A DNA stretch of 64,000 nt from Prochlorococcus sp. AG-402-A08 (GTDB lineage Bacteria; Cyanobacteriota; Cyanobacteriia; PCC-6307; Cyanobiaceae): assembly GCA_003279585.1 (NCBI GenBank), contig QCHH01000005.1:8209-72208 (forward strand), in the 5' to 3' direction. Below the pieces are notes generated by a model. The model searched no databases. It had not been told where the DNA came from and saw only the letters and a program-made list of their open reading frames with translations. A program made the position numbers and the translations under genes. The first letter of the stretch is position 1. Every line of letters starts with the position of its first letter. This document shows positions 34,279 to 44,111 of the stretch, piece after piece.

Positions 34279-35673
34279 TTAATCTCGAAGATCAAATTCT
34301 TTTAATTCAGAAATAGGAAAAAATATTGTAATTCCACTATCTCGCCTATTAGTAAGACGACCACCAAGACTTTTCAAAAGCCTTTGAGTTGCAGCCTGAC
34401 TCAGCTGCAAATTTCCTGTAGCTGGATTCCAGCTAAGTACTGGTCCAATTTCTTCATTGGAAACACTTTCTGAGACACAAGAATGGGTAGTTTCGGAGAG
34501 CTTAGTTAAGATTTGAAGCTTTAGTCTTTGGCCTGCTGGTCTTAATTTTAAAGTTAGTTCCCCACCCTCTTGCAATCCACGACTGTTTCTATCAATTAGA
34601 CCGGTCAACATTAACTCAAGCCCTTCTGAGTCACTCAAAACTTTTGGTAAATCCGGTGTGATATCAAGAACCAGTTTCAAGCCTTTTCGCTCTAATTGAT
34701 TTCTCCAAACTGGAGATAGAATTGTGAGCATTTTACCTAAATCAGTTAAAGCTAAATTTGTGTGTTCAGGCTTTCTTCTTTCTAGCTCCACTGCATTAAA
34801 AATCAAACCAAAACGATCAATTTGTTCTGTGCATTCAATATCTATTTGTTTCAAACGAGTTTCAACGACTTTAGATAAATCTTGCTTTCTTAGAAGAGAT
34901 CTTATTAAGGTTCTTATTGTTGCCAATGGAGTTCTTATTTCATGAGTTAAAGCCTCTAGTAAGGAAATTTCACTATTTTTTGAACTTGATTTGTGATCAT
35001 TAATTAAATTATCTGGCAAAGGTTGAATGTTTAAACTTGGTGCAGTGTCTGCGAGCCGTTGTGATAGTAAAGGCCAAAATACTTGAGATAAATCATCATT
35101 AGTTTTCAGCTGGCCCATCTCTCCAAGTGCGTTTCGAAGATTATTTGCTTGTTCAATATTTTCTGTATGCAATCTATTATCAAGTAATGTCAAAAGATCA
35201 CTCAAAGTCTCAGGGTCACTTCGCATTAATAATTTTCTCTCCTGACATTGACCTTCGAGAGCTAAAGCAATTTGAATTTCAGGAGTGATCACTATTAGCA
35301 ATGGGTCATTTCCATCTTCCTCGAGAAGGGTCAAGCGCTCGTAGCCTGAAGAATTATTGTGGAAATCCATCGAAACGGATTGACTAGGAGGCAACATCCC
35401 AATAGAAGGATTTGCAAGGTTTAACAAATCCTTTGGGGCCCACACCCATCCTTGAAATTTCTTGAGTAATTTAGGTTCGTATAATGCTGGTAAAGGGGAA
35501 GAAAGCCATAGACCTCTTGTAAGGTTCATTGGTAGCAAGATGTCTGACTGAAGAGTATCAAGAGCTGCCCACCACATTCTCCTTACTGCAGATTCACTGC
35601 ATGTGGCATGGGGAACACCTTGAGCCATTCTTTTTTGTAAAGCTTGAATAGTTACTAGAGGCGGCGTGCTCAC
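34279..35673 (-). CDS. soluble sensor histidine kinase with atypical ATPase domain (Hik34-like)
   Basis: H-box LTHEIRTPLATIR; GTG start at 35673 with GGAGG 5 nt upstream; no TM segment. Confidence 0.8.
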   Translation of the reverse strand: MSTPPLVTIQALQKRMAQGVPHATCSESAVRRMWWAALDTLQSDILLPMNLTRGLWLSSPLPALYEPKLLKKFQGWVWAPKDLLNLANPSIGMLPPSQSVSMDFHNNSSGYERLTLLEEDGNDPLLIVITPEIQIALALEGQCQERKLLMRSDPETLSDLLTLLDNRLHTENIEQANNLRNALGEMGQLKTNDDLSQVFWPLLSQRLADTAPSLNIQPLPDNLINDHKSSSKNSEISLLEALTHEIRTPLATIRTLIRSLLRKQDLSKVVETRLKQIDIECTEQIDRFGLIFNAVELERRKPEHTNLALTDLGKMLTILSPVWRNQLERKGLKLVLDITPDLPKVLSDSEGLELMLTGLIDRNSRGLQEGGELTLKLRPAGQRLKLQILTKLSETTHSCVSESVSNEEIGPVLSWNPATGNLQLSQAATQRLLKSLGGRLTNRRDSGITIFFPISELKEFDLRD

Positions 35674-36105
35674 AAAAACCTCCAAACCTCATACAAACCT
35701 TTAAATCCATTTGAATGGTTAGATTTTAAAGGTTTAAAAAGCATAAAAAGTAGGATTGCAACTCATTGAGGTGCTTTAACTGACTAGTTGAAATAGATGA
35801 ATTGAGAATTTCTCGGTAAAATCTCAGTGGATCTATTTTTTGTGCAAAAAAAGTCTCTTTTGACAAATTAAGATCATGGGAGCTAATTCGTCTACGCGTA
35901 AGAAATAGTCAGGAGGAAAGTGCAACTGAACTCTAAGTAATTAACAATAACCAATGTTTACCATGAAAGTGAGGATTCCTTCCTTTACATAGATGTAAAA
36001 ACTTTACCTCAAGGTGGTATTTGCAGGTTAACCAGACTTAGCCTCAAAGCTCCATTAGCGCTCCAATGATGCGTTTACAAATACACATAAGCAAATAGTG
36101 TCTCA

Positions 36106-37380
36106 TCAAAGATTTTTTCTTTTTGACTGACCTCGTCTAGAGACAGATAAACAAAAGCCCAAACTTATAAAGTTTACAAATAATGCAGTTCTTCCGTAAC
36201 TCATAAAAGGTAATGGGATTCCAGTCACAGGACCTAAACCAATAGTCATAAATATATTGACCATAATTTGAAAGATAAACATTGAAGCTATTCCAATCAC
36301 AACTAAAGATTCAAAATCCGTTCGCGCCTCAATAGCTATCTTTATCAATCGAAAAATTAGAATAAAAAATAAAAATAAGACTAATACAGTTCCTAAAAAT
36401 CCTGTCTCTTCTCCAAGAGCGCTAAAAATGAAATCAGTGTGTTGCTCTGGAATAAATTTTAATTTCGTTAGTTGGCCTTGCATCAGACCTGATCCAAGCA
36501 ATCCGCCAGATCCAATTCCTATTTTGCTTTGCAGCATGTGATATCCACCACCCAAAGGATCTTGGCTAGGATTGAGAAAAAGAATTAATCGATCTCTTTG
36601 GTAATCTCTTAAAACTGTTTCCCAAAACCAAGGAGAAAGTTTTGCTATTAATGAATGAAAAAAAACAACAAATAATGTTATTAATTTCTTTTGATTTGGC
36701 AAGGATTTATAAGACAAAAAACCAATTATTGGAATCCATATAAAAAGTCCATATTTATATGTATATGCCAGGAAACCTGTAACAAAAGTAGCCAAAATAA
36801 TAAATGCCCATTCATAAGGCATCCCTGACCAATACAACATTCCAAGAAGGATGGCTCCAAAAACAAGAGATGTTCCAAGATCAGGTTGTATGAATACCAA
36901 AATCCAAGGTAAAAAAGAAACTAGTAAAGGTTTAATTATATGAGATAAATCAGAAAACCTTTTTCTCTCTAGAATAGAAGCCAAGGCAAGTATTAAGGTT
37001 AATTTCGCAAACTCAGATGGCTGAACATACAAGCCAGCAAAGCTCAACCATCTCTGTGCTCCAAGGGCGGAAATACCGCTAAAATTCACATACAAAAGTA
37101 TTATTGTAGTAAGAAAATATATCATTCCAATATATTTTCTTAAATTTTGCAAAGGGAATTGACCTAAAAAATAAATAATTAAAGACCCTATATAAGCAAT
37201 AATGGCATGTTGATACCAATCTGTAATCCCAAGATTTCTTTGAGTACTTGCAATTAATACACAAGATAAATGTACTAAAATAAAAGGGACAATCACAATT
37301 AGAGAATCTACATCAATCCAATTTTTTTTGTTTCTACCTATTTTTAATAAAGATTTTTTTGTACGACCAAAACCCAGCAT
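36106..37380 (-). CDS. rodA: rod shape-determining protein RodA (SEDS)
   Basis: GAQRW, QPSEFAK, QPDLGT, PEQHTDFIF, GIPLPFMSYG. Confidence 0.95.
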   Translation of the reverse strand: MLGFGRTKKSLLKIGRNKKNWIDVDSLIVIVPFILVHLSCVLIASTQRNLGITDWYQHAIIAYIGSLIIYFLGQFPLQNLRKYIGMIYFLTTIILLYVNFSGISALGAQRWLSFAGLYVQPSEFAKLTLILALASILERKRFSDLSHIIKPLLVSFLPWILVFIQPDLGTSLVFGAILLGMLYWSGMPYEWAFIILATFVTGFLAYTYKYGLFIWIPIIGFLSYKSLPNQKKLITLFVVFFHSLIAKLSPWFWETVLRDYQRDRLILFLNPSQDPLGGGYHMLQSKIGIGSGGLLGSGLMQGQLTKLKFIPEQHTDFIFSALGEETGFLGTVLVLFLFFILIFRLIKIAIEARTDFESLVVIGIASMFIFQIMVNIFMTIGLGPVTGIPLPFMSYGRTALFVNFISLGFCLSVSRRGQSKRKNL

Positions 37381-37392
37381 TACTTGAGATCA

Positions 37393-38475
37393 CTAGTTAA
37401 CAGATAATTCATCACATAAAGTTCCAGCAAGTTCTAAAAATACTTTTGCTGTTATTGACTCTCTAGAGGTATAAACGACTGGCAGATCCTTACCTGTACC
37501 AGAATAATTATCTGACTCTATTGGTATTTGAGCAAGTAACGGGACATTATTCTCTTTAGCTAATTGATTACCTCCTCCTGAACCAAAAATCTCATATGAT
37601 TTTTGTGGCTGGTCTGGAGGTATAAAACGCGTCATATTTTCGATCACTCCTATTACGGGAATGTTCATTTGTTTAAACATTGCTAAACCCCTTCTTGAGT
37701 CTTGAAGAGATACATTTTGTGGAGTTGTCACAATTACTACTCCTGCCATAGGAACTGCCTGTGCCAAAGAAAGTTGAGCATCACCCGTCCCTGGAGGAAG
37801 ATCTACGATTAAAAAATCACGTTCGCCCCAGGAAGCTTGGTATAAAAATTGTCGAATAATGCCGTTAAGCATTGGGCCTCGCCAAATAACTGGCTGATTT
37901 TGGTCAATTAATAGTCCCATTGAAACCATTCCGATCCCACATGTTTCAATGGGAACAATCTTTTGCTCTGGACCCGAACCACTGACTTCAGGAGTTATTT
38001 CACTAACACCCAGCATATAAGGCGTATTTGGTCCATAGATATCAGCATCAAGCAAGCCAACCTTGAAACCCTTTTGACTAAGTGCACAAGCCAAATTCAC
38101 AGCAACAGTACTTTTACCAACTCCACCTTTACCACTACTTATAGCAATAATATTTTTAACTTTTGGTATTGGAGTTAACCCCTGAGATTGACCACCATGT
38201 CCGGCCTGACCAATAGGCGAGTCCCCAGATGGAGATGAATCGCCAATCTCAATTTGAACTTCTTCTATCTCTTCAAATGACTTGATGCTTTCCCTAATAT
38301 CCTCTGCTATTTGACTTCTTTGAGATATTGCAAAATTGGGGAGAGTAAGTCTTACAACAACTTTAGGTGGCTTTACTGAAACTATTTCAAGCCATCCAAG
38401 TTCAATAATAGATCGTTTACTTCCGACATCTTTGACTGAATCAAACGCTTTTAAAACCTTCTCGTTGGTTTCCAT
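37393..38475 (-). CDS. mrp: Mrp/ApbC Fe-S carrier ATPase
   Basis: SGKGGVGKST, DADIYGP, WRGPM, DLPPGTGD, ENM. Confidence 0.93.
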   Translation of the reverse strand: METNEKVLKAFDSVKDVGSKRSIIELGWLEIVSVKPPKVVVRLTLPNFAISQRSQIAEDIRESIKSFEEIEEVQIEIGDSSPSGDSPIGQAGHGGQSQGLTPIPKVKNIIAISSGKGGVGKSTVAVNLACALSQKGFKVGLLDADIYGPNTPYMLGVSEITPEVSGSGPEQKIVPIETCGIGMVSMGLLIDQNQPVIWRGPMLNGIIRQFLYQASWGERDFLIVDLPPGTGDAQLSLAQAVPMAGVVIVTTPQNVSLQDSRRGLAMFKQMNIPVIGVIENMTRFIPPDQPQKSYEIFGSGGGNQLAKENNVPLLAQIPIESDNYSGTGKDLPVVYTSRESITAKVFLELAGTLCDELSVN

Positions 38476-38654
38476 TCTTAATTTCTATTACATACGATAA
38501 TAGTAAAAAAATCGACAGATTTTCTACCTCATTATCCAAGGAGATTGACTTTAGTAACAAGTAAAAAATATTCGCAATACAAACTTTTCCAATATTGATG
38601 TGAAATTTGCATCATTTGAAAGTATTTTTTTAATAAAGAAAAATACAATTCATT

Positions 38655-39701
38655 TTGTCCTCCTCACAAGATCAAGCCAGTTTACCGGCAAAAAACTCAA
38701 GAGACCGTGCCAAAAAGCTTGTTTTAGGGCTCCAAGATGAAATTTGTACTGGCTTGGAGGCTATTGATGGAGAAGGCAAATTCCTAGAAGAATCTTGGGA
38801 GAGGCCAGAGGGTGGTGGTGGACGCTCAAGAGTCTTGAAAGATGGAAAAATCTTTGAACAGGGAGGGGTAAATTTTTCTGAAGTACATGGAAGTGAACTT
38901 CCACCCTCAATCATTAGCCAAAGACCGGAAGCGAAAGGTCACTCTTGGTTTGCGACAGGAACCTCAATGGTTCTTCACCCAAAAAGTCCCTACATACCAA
39001 CAGTTCATCTTAATTACAGATATTTCGAAGCAGGACCAGTTTGGTGGTTTGGGGGAGGTGCAGATTTAACCCCGTTCTATCCATATCTCTCTGACACTCG
39101 TCACTTTCATTCATGCCATAAAGCTGCCTGTGACACAATCAACAAAGATCTTCATAAGGTTTTCAAACCGTGGTGTGACGAATATTTCTTCCTAAAACAT
39201 CGAAATGAGACCAGAGGAGTCGGAGGTATTTTTTATGACTATCAAGATGGATCAGGTTTGCTTTATAAAGGACAAAATCCTAATGGGAAGGCTTCTAAAA
39301 TTTCAAACGAGCTAGGTAACTATTCTTTAAATTGGGAAAATCTTTTTTCACTTGCCAAAGCCTGCGGGCAGGCATTTCTTCCCTCCTATGAGCCAATAAT
39401 AAAAAAACGAAAAAATCAAAGTTTCTCAACCAAAGAAAGAGATTTTCAACTTTATAGGCGAGGTAGATACGCTGAGTTCAATTTAGTATGGGATAGAGGG
39501 ACCATCTTTGGATTGCAAACGAATGGAAGAACAGAATCAATATTGATGTCATTACCGCCTTTAGCAAGATGGGAGTATGGATATAAGCCAGAAACAAATT
39601 CGCGTGAGGCACTTTTAACAGATTTATTTACTAAGCCTCAAGACTGGTTTACAGATGAATCTCTGGAAGAGAGGTGTCTACAACATCAAGCATTGGACTA
39701 G
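38655..39701 (+). CDS. hemF: oxygen-dependent coproporphyrinogen III oxidase
   Basis: [44 protein letters not shown]. Confidence 0.98.
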   Translation: MSSSQDQASLPAKNSRDRAKKLVLGLQDEICTGLEAIDGEGKFLEESWERPEGGGGRSRVLKDGKIFEQGGVNFSEVHGSELPPSIISQRPEAKGHSWFATGTSMVLHPKSPYIPTVHLNYRYFEAGPVWWFGGGADLTPFYPYLSDTRHFHSCHKAACDTINKDLHKVFKPWCDEYFFLKHRNETRGVGGIFYDYQDGSGLLYKGQNPNGKASKISNELGNYSLNWENLFSLAKACGQAFLPSYEPIIKKRKNQSFSTKERDFQLYRRGRYAEFNLVWDRGTIFGLQTNGRTESILMSLPPLARWEYGYKPETNSREALLTDLFTKPQDWFTDESLEERCLQHQALD

Positions 39702-39712
39702 ACGTTGTACTG

Positions 39713-40468
39713 TTAAATTATTCCATTTAAAAAAGCCTGAACTATTTCATTTGCAAGAAGATTCAGCGTTCTTTGCCTAGTTTTTAAATTTCTGAGATTT
39801 TTCTCTAGAGAACCCTCTAGTTTCCCAATTTCAAGAATCCTTATTTTTCTTCGAGGAGCACCTAAACCTCCTCTAAATAAAACAGGAAACCTTCCGAATT
39901 TTCTAGCAATTGACTCGTCTATTTTATTTGGCGTATCAAAAAAAGGAGGGATCAAGCCTGAACCGACTCCATAACTACCATATGCATCAAAATGAATCTC
40001 AATAGCATACCCACCATTTTGGGCGAATCTCCTGCCTACTGACCAATTCGTTCTAGGATCATTAGGATCATCTATATTTCTTATACCTGGGTCATAAGAG
40101 CTAATATTTAAACCTTTCTTTTTGCCAAGTTTAACAATTAATTCTTGCAATTTTAAATTCCAAAAAAGTTCGTCACTAATTTGGGAATTCATTGGATTCA
40201 AACCAAACTTATCCACAGCTTCGCCAGGAGTACCAGCACCAGCCAATCCTTGAGAATCTGCATGTCCCGCTAATATTAAAATAGGAATATTTTTATCTAC
40301 ATTTTTAATGCCAACCCAAGTAGCGGGAAGATTAGTACTTTCACCAATAATTAGCTCAAGATCCTCAGCAATGTTTAAATTCTTTTTGTAATATAGTTGA
40401 GAAACAATATAAAAAAGAATTAAAAATAATGTAAATCTAAGAATATTTAAGACTTGATTTTTCACCAA
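39713..40468 (-). CDS. membrane-anchored protein, N-acetylmuramoyl-L-alanine amidase-like
   Basis: N-terminal TM; ILAGH, DELFWN, EIHFD, ILEIG spacing like Amidase_3 Zn/catalytic residues. Confidence 0.6.
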   Translation of the reverse strand: MVKNQVLNILRFTLFLILFYIVSQLYYKKNLNIAEDLELIIGESTNLPATWVGIKNVDKNIPILILAGHADSQGLAGAGTPGEAVDKFGLNPMNSQISDELFWNLKLQELIVKLGKKKGLNISSYDPGIRNIDDPNDPRTNWSVGRRFAQNGGYAIEIHFDAYGSYGVGSGLIPPFFDTPNKIDESIARKFGRFPVLFRGGLGAPRRKIRILEIGKLEGSLEKNLRNLKTRQRTLNLLANEIVQAFLNGII

Positions 40469-40477
40469 AATATCTAC

Positions 40478-41056
40478 TTAAATCGGGGAAGAAAGTAAAG
40501 AGTTCTCACTACTAAGCTCAAGAGTTTCTGATAATTCCAACTGAATTGCTATTAATTCATCTCGATGAGCTTTTATTCGTAAGATACAGGTACTTGATAT
40601 ATCTGAACTTAACAACTTAACCTCTAAAAATTCCTCCCGTTTAGATTTAATCCGATAAATCATCCCAGCTAAAGGGGCACCAATTACTGACAGAAGCAAC
40701 GGCCACCAGCTCAATATAGGGTAAAGCTGAATCAAAACTAGACCCAAACAGGCTGAGCCAACTCCTCCAAGACAAGATAAAAAAATAGTTAGAAAAGTAC
40801 TAGCACCAACATTTCCATTAAAGATCAACAGTTTTTCTTCGACATTACCTCCTTTTTTTTTCCAGCCACGCTCTTCCAACCAAAAACTAACTCCATTCAA
40901 GACTTCTAGAGGAGGTAAAGGAGACTGAACATCTACAACCGTTGTACGGTCCTTACTTGCTGCTCGCAAAAAAAACCCCAAACCTATCGCCAATAGAATA
41001 GTGAGAAATAAAGTTGAGGAGAATGCAGATTGCATCTCAAAAATCCGATCAGTCAT
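40478..41056 (-). CDS. ccb1: cofactor assembly of complex C subunit B (CCB1 family)
   Basis: STLFLTILLAIGLGFFLRAASKDRT, AHRDEL. Confidence 0.85.
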   Translation of the reverse strand: MTDRIFEMQSAFSSTLFLTILLAIGLGFFLRAASKDRTTVVDVQSPLPPLEVLNGVSFWLEERGWKKKGGNVEEKLLIFNGNVGASTFLTIFLSCLGGVGSACLGLVLIQLYPILSWWPLLLSVIGAPLAGMIYRIKSKREEFLEVKLLSSDISSTCILRIKAHRDELIAIQLELSETLELSSENSLLSSPI

Positions 41057-41220
41057 ATTTTAATTATTATGGAAAACATAGCTACAAAAATGAGCTAAAA
41101 GAATTAAAAATAATGAGATAAGATAAAATCGTTAAAGTTACTGAATATTTTTTATCATTTAAAGCATAGAATCAGATCATACATAATCACTCAATTAATT
41201 AAATTCCCACTAACTTTGTT

Positions 41221-41865
41221 ATGCCAAAAAAACTTGACGATCCATCAACTTTTAAGATCTTTGACAAGGATATAGATAATGAAACTGAAATCGCATTGAG
41301 CTCATCTTTAGCTTTAGCAATTGATACAGAGGCAATGGGATTAATTCATGGTAGAGACAGGTTATGTTTAATCCAAATATGTGATGAGTTAGATAATGTT
41401 ATCTGTATTCGTATAGAAAGGAATCAACATTCGGCACCTAAATTAAAAACTATTCTTGAGAAAAAAACGATTGAGAAAGTCTTTCATTTTGCAAGATTTG
41501 ATGTCGCTGCCTTAGCTAGTAATCTTAGTATTCAAGTTAATCCAATTTTTTGTACAAAAATAGCAAGTAAAATAGGCAGAACCTATAGCCCAAAACATGG
41601 ATTAAAGGAAGTGGTTATGGAAACTGTTGGAGTTGAATTAGATAAACAAGCTCAAAGTAGTGACTGGGGAAAAGTTGGAGATTTAACTCAAAAACAGCTT
41701 ATCTACGCCGCAAATGATGTGAGATATTTACTAGGAGCCAAACAAAAACTTGAAGAGATATTGAAACGTGAAGAAAGATGGGAATTAGCAAAAAAATGTT
41801 TCCAATGTGTCCCGATTTTTTCCGAGCTTGATAGAAGAAGATTTACAAATATCTTTGAACATTAA
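41221..41865 (+). CDS. rnd: short RNase D-family DEDDy exonuclease (NrnC-like)
   Basis: AIDTEAMGL, RDRLC, FHFARFD, CTKIASK, QSSDW, YAANDV. Confidence 0.88.
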   Translation: MPKKLDDPSTFKIFDKDIDNETEIALSSSLALAIDTEAMGLIHGRDRLCLIQICDELDNVICIRIERNQHSAPKLKTILEKKTIEKVFHFARFDVAALASNLSIQVNPIFCTKIASKIGRTYSPKHGLKEVVMETVGVELDKQAQSSDWGKVGDLTQKQLIYAANDVRYLLGAKQKLEEILKREERWELAKKCFQCVPIFSELDRRRFTNIFEH

Positions 41866-41886
41866 TTATTTCAGCCTAAAGTTTTA

Positions 41887-42156
41887 CTAATCCTCAAGCA
41901 TAAAATTCTCATCTTCTTTTAGAGCCTTTAATAATTGATCAAATGATTCAGAAGCCGATATATTTTGTTTGTTGTCCTCGTTTATAGTTTGCTCAAGGAT
42001 TTCTTGAGCAATTTCTTTTCTCGATTGCAAATCTTTTTTTCCTTCTTTAGCTGCCGCGACCTCTACTTTACGTCGAGCGGCCGAGATACTAACACTCAAA
42101 GAGGATGCTAACTGAGCACAAATTTTTAGATACTGATGATCTTCAATTAAAGGCAT
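41887..42156 (-). CDS. conserved hypothetical protein
   Basis: 89-aa ORF directly downstream of the glycosyltransferase-like gene; ends FDQLLKALKEDENFMLED. Confidence 0.75.
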   Translation of the reverse strand: MPLIEDHQYLKICAQLASSLSVSISAARRKVEVAAAKEGKKDLQSRKEIAQEILEQTINEDNKQNISASESFDQLLKALKEDENFMLED

Positions 42157-42216
42157 ATGCAGGAGCTTGAATAGAAAATCTTCATAAAAAATCTTTTAAT
42201 AGATTACACCGCACTA

Positions 42217-43434
42217 TCAACCCTTGGACAAGTGAGTCGAAATACTAATAGCTAAAGCGTGACTTCCGCCCTCGCTACCCATTCTTTTCGACCCTCTTAA
42301 TCCAATAATCTCTCTATCAAAATCAGAATTTAATAAAAACGCTACTTTTTTAGCGAGAGTTTTATAACCTTGAGCAATAGCTACCGAACCTGCTAACAAG
42401 CGACTTTGACGCTTAGCAAAATTGAACTTAAATTGAGGTCCTTTGCCTGGCAATGACACGCATGGAATCCCTAAACCTACTAATTGTTCTGTAGCTGTAC
42501 CTGCATTTGCAACCCCTACTTCTCCCCACCTAGCCCAAGAAGAAAATTGATTAAAACCAATTAATACGAGTAATGAGTTTTTTTTCCAAATTTCCGAAAT
42601 CCCTATTTCATCATTTGACTGAAAAGTAGGTTTAAAACCTAAGTCAATCAATATCAATTCTATTTTTTTTCTCATCGAAGAAGAATTCAAAGGAACAAAA
42701 ACTGCAATAGAAGATGAAATTTGAATCAGTTGAATTGCAATTAAAAGTTTTTTAAAGTTCTTATAGGCCTCAGGCAAGCGACTTCCACATAACAAAATCA
42801 AACGTCTATATTTTTCAAAGCCATTGGGACATTCTGCCTTAGCCATCCCATCCATCATTGGATTGCCAAGCGATAGTGCCTTTACACCGTGTTGTCTCAA
42901 ACCTCTAGCAGTGATTTTGTCTCTGACTGCAACCATTCTGCAACGAACAGATCGCATCAACCAATATTCCCATGGATCCCACTCAGTTCCTTTCAATCGA
43001 TGGTAACAATCGCTCCAAGATGATCTTGGACCACTAGCCCAGGTGTAATCACTTTTAGGCGTACCAATGAAAAAATAATTTGCACCACTAGCCCAAGCGA
43101 AAAGAAGAGGTAATAAATCTCCAACTGCAACGATAATTCTTCCCTCTCTGGCTGACCTATGAACCAAAGTCCATTGCATCCAGAGACTGCTTAATAATCC
43201 AGCTTTTAAATCTAAAACCAAACCACGAAAACTCTGATTGCTAAATCCCCCGCTTGGCAAAAATGTTGAGGCACCAATCTTTGTAAGCCAACCTTCTTTT
43301 ACAAGCTTTGTAAAGGCCTTACCATCTCCAACCATTGGGAGAACTTCATGAGAAATAGCTGGATTAATTTCGTGGAGAGCTTCTATAACTCTGCAAGCAA
43401 TCGTGTCTTCTCCATGTCCATTACAAAGAAACAA
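42217..43434 (-). CDS. lipid-A-disaccharide synthase-related glycosyltransferase; start uncertain
   Basis: CNGHGED, LPMVGDG, LPSGGF, VAVGD, GNPMMD, AGTATEQ, GPQF; track ORF extends antisense through tRNA-Cys. Confidence 0.8.
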   Translation of the reverse strand: MFLCNGHGEDTIACRVIEALHEINPAISHEVLPMVGDGKAFTKLVKEGWLTKIGASTFLPSGGFSNQSFRGLVLDLKAGLLSSLWMQWTLVHRSAREGRIIVAVGDLLPLLFAWASGANYFFIGTPKSDYTWASGPRSSWSDCYHRLKGTEWDPWEYWLMRSVRCRMVAVRDKITARGLRQHGVKALSLGNPMMDGMAKAECPNGFEKYRRLILLCGSRLPEAYKNFKKLLIAIQLIQISSSIAVFVPLNSSSMRKKIELILIDLGFKPTFQSNDEIGISEIWKKNSLLVLIGFNQFSSWARWGEVGVANAGTATEQLVGLGIPCVSLPGKGPQFKFNFAKRQSRLLAGSVAIAQGYKTLAKKVAFLLNSDFDREIIGLRGSKRMGSEGGSHALAISISTHLSKG

Positions 43435-43491
43435 AAGATTATGTTCAGCTTGACTGATACGATTTGAATTGGAAATGAAAATTTCATTTTC

Positions 43492-43562
43492 GGCGGCATG
43501 GCCAAGTGGTAAGGCAGAGGATTGCAAATCCTTTATCCCCAGTTCGAATCTGGGTGCCGCCT
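43492..43562 (+). tRNA. tRNA-Cys(GCA)
   Basis: GGCGGCA/TGCCGCC acceptor, GAGGA-TT GCA AA-TCCTT anticodon arm, GTTCGAATC. Confidence 0.97.
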
Positions 43563-44111
43563 TCATTATTCGACGCTTCAACTTTCTGAGAATCCTCCCC
43601 AGCACTATGCTCCATGTGTAGCGAGTGGCAAGTTTCACAATTTCTTAGTAGTTATCAAGTGGTAGAAAATTGAATTTGTTCGAATTTAAGAAGTAACACA
43701 TTGCCATACTCTCAAAAGTTCTACATTCTTGCTACGCAAAAAACAAAAAGAGGAAATATTTATCCTCCTTAAAAAAATTAAGGGGTCTGCAATCCAATTC
43801 AAATTCGATCAAAAAAGAATCTGCATCCAACCCCTAACTGAAATCAATTTAACCCTTAATTCATTAAACACAAAAATAAACCTATTTTCCTACCAAAAAA
43901 ATTATAACCATATCAATTTCCTAGATCATGTCAATTATTGTGAAACTCAACCGGCAGAAACATAAACAAACCCAGTCTCTCAGATCATAGTTATGGCAAT
44001 AATCTGATAAACCTTATCCTAGTTAAATCTGGGTAGAGGTTGGATTTTTCGTTGCTTCAACTTCCTGGGAACCCCTTCCAGCACTATGGTCCAGGTTTAT
44101 AGAGTGGCAAG
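43533..44111 (+). repeat. degenerate direct repeat: tRNA-Cys 3' part plus flank (43533-43632) repeated at about 44014-44111; probable att/integration scar
   Basis: 43569-43632 vs 44048-44111: 51/64 identical without gaps by hand count; upstream ttatccccagttcgaatctgggt vs ttatcctagttaaatctgggt. Confidence 0.8.

Noticed and set aside
43435-43638. N-terminal extension of the 473-aa track ORF as real protein
   Set aside because: Overlaps tRNA-Cys antisense; family similarity begins at LLFLCNGHGED
43729-43965. 78-aa plus ORF in the islet
   Set aside because: TTG start, A-run-driven K/N/I bias, no RBS or motif
43569-44111. Repeat pair as a CRISPR array
   Set aside because: Only two copies, 479 bp apart, no cas genes
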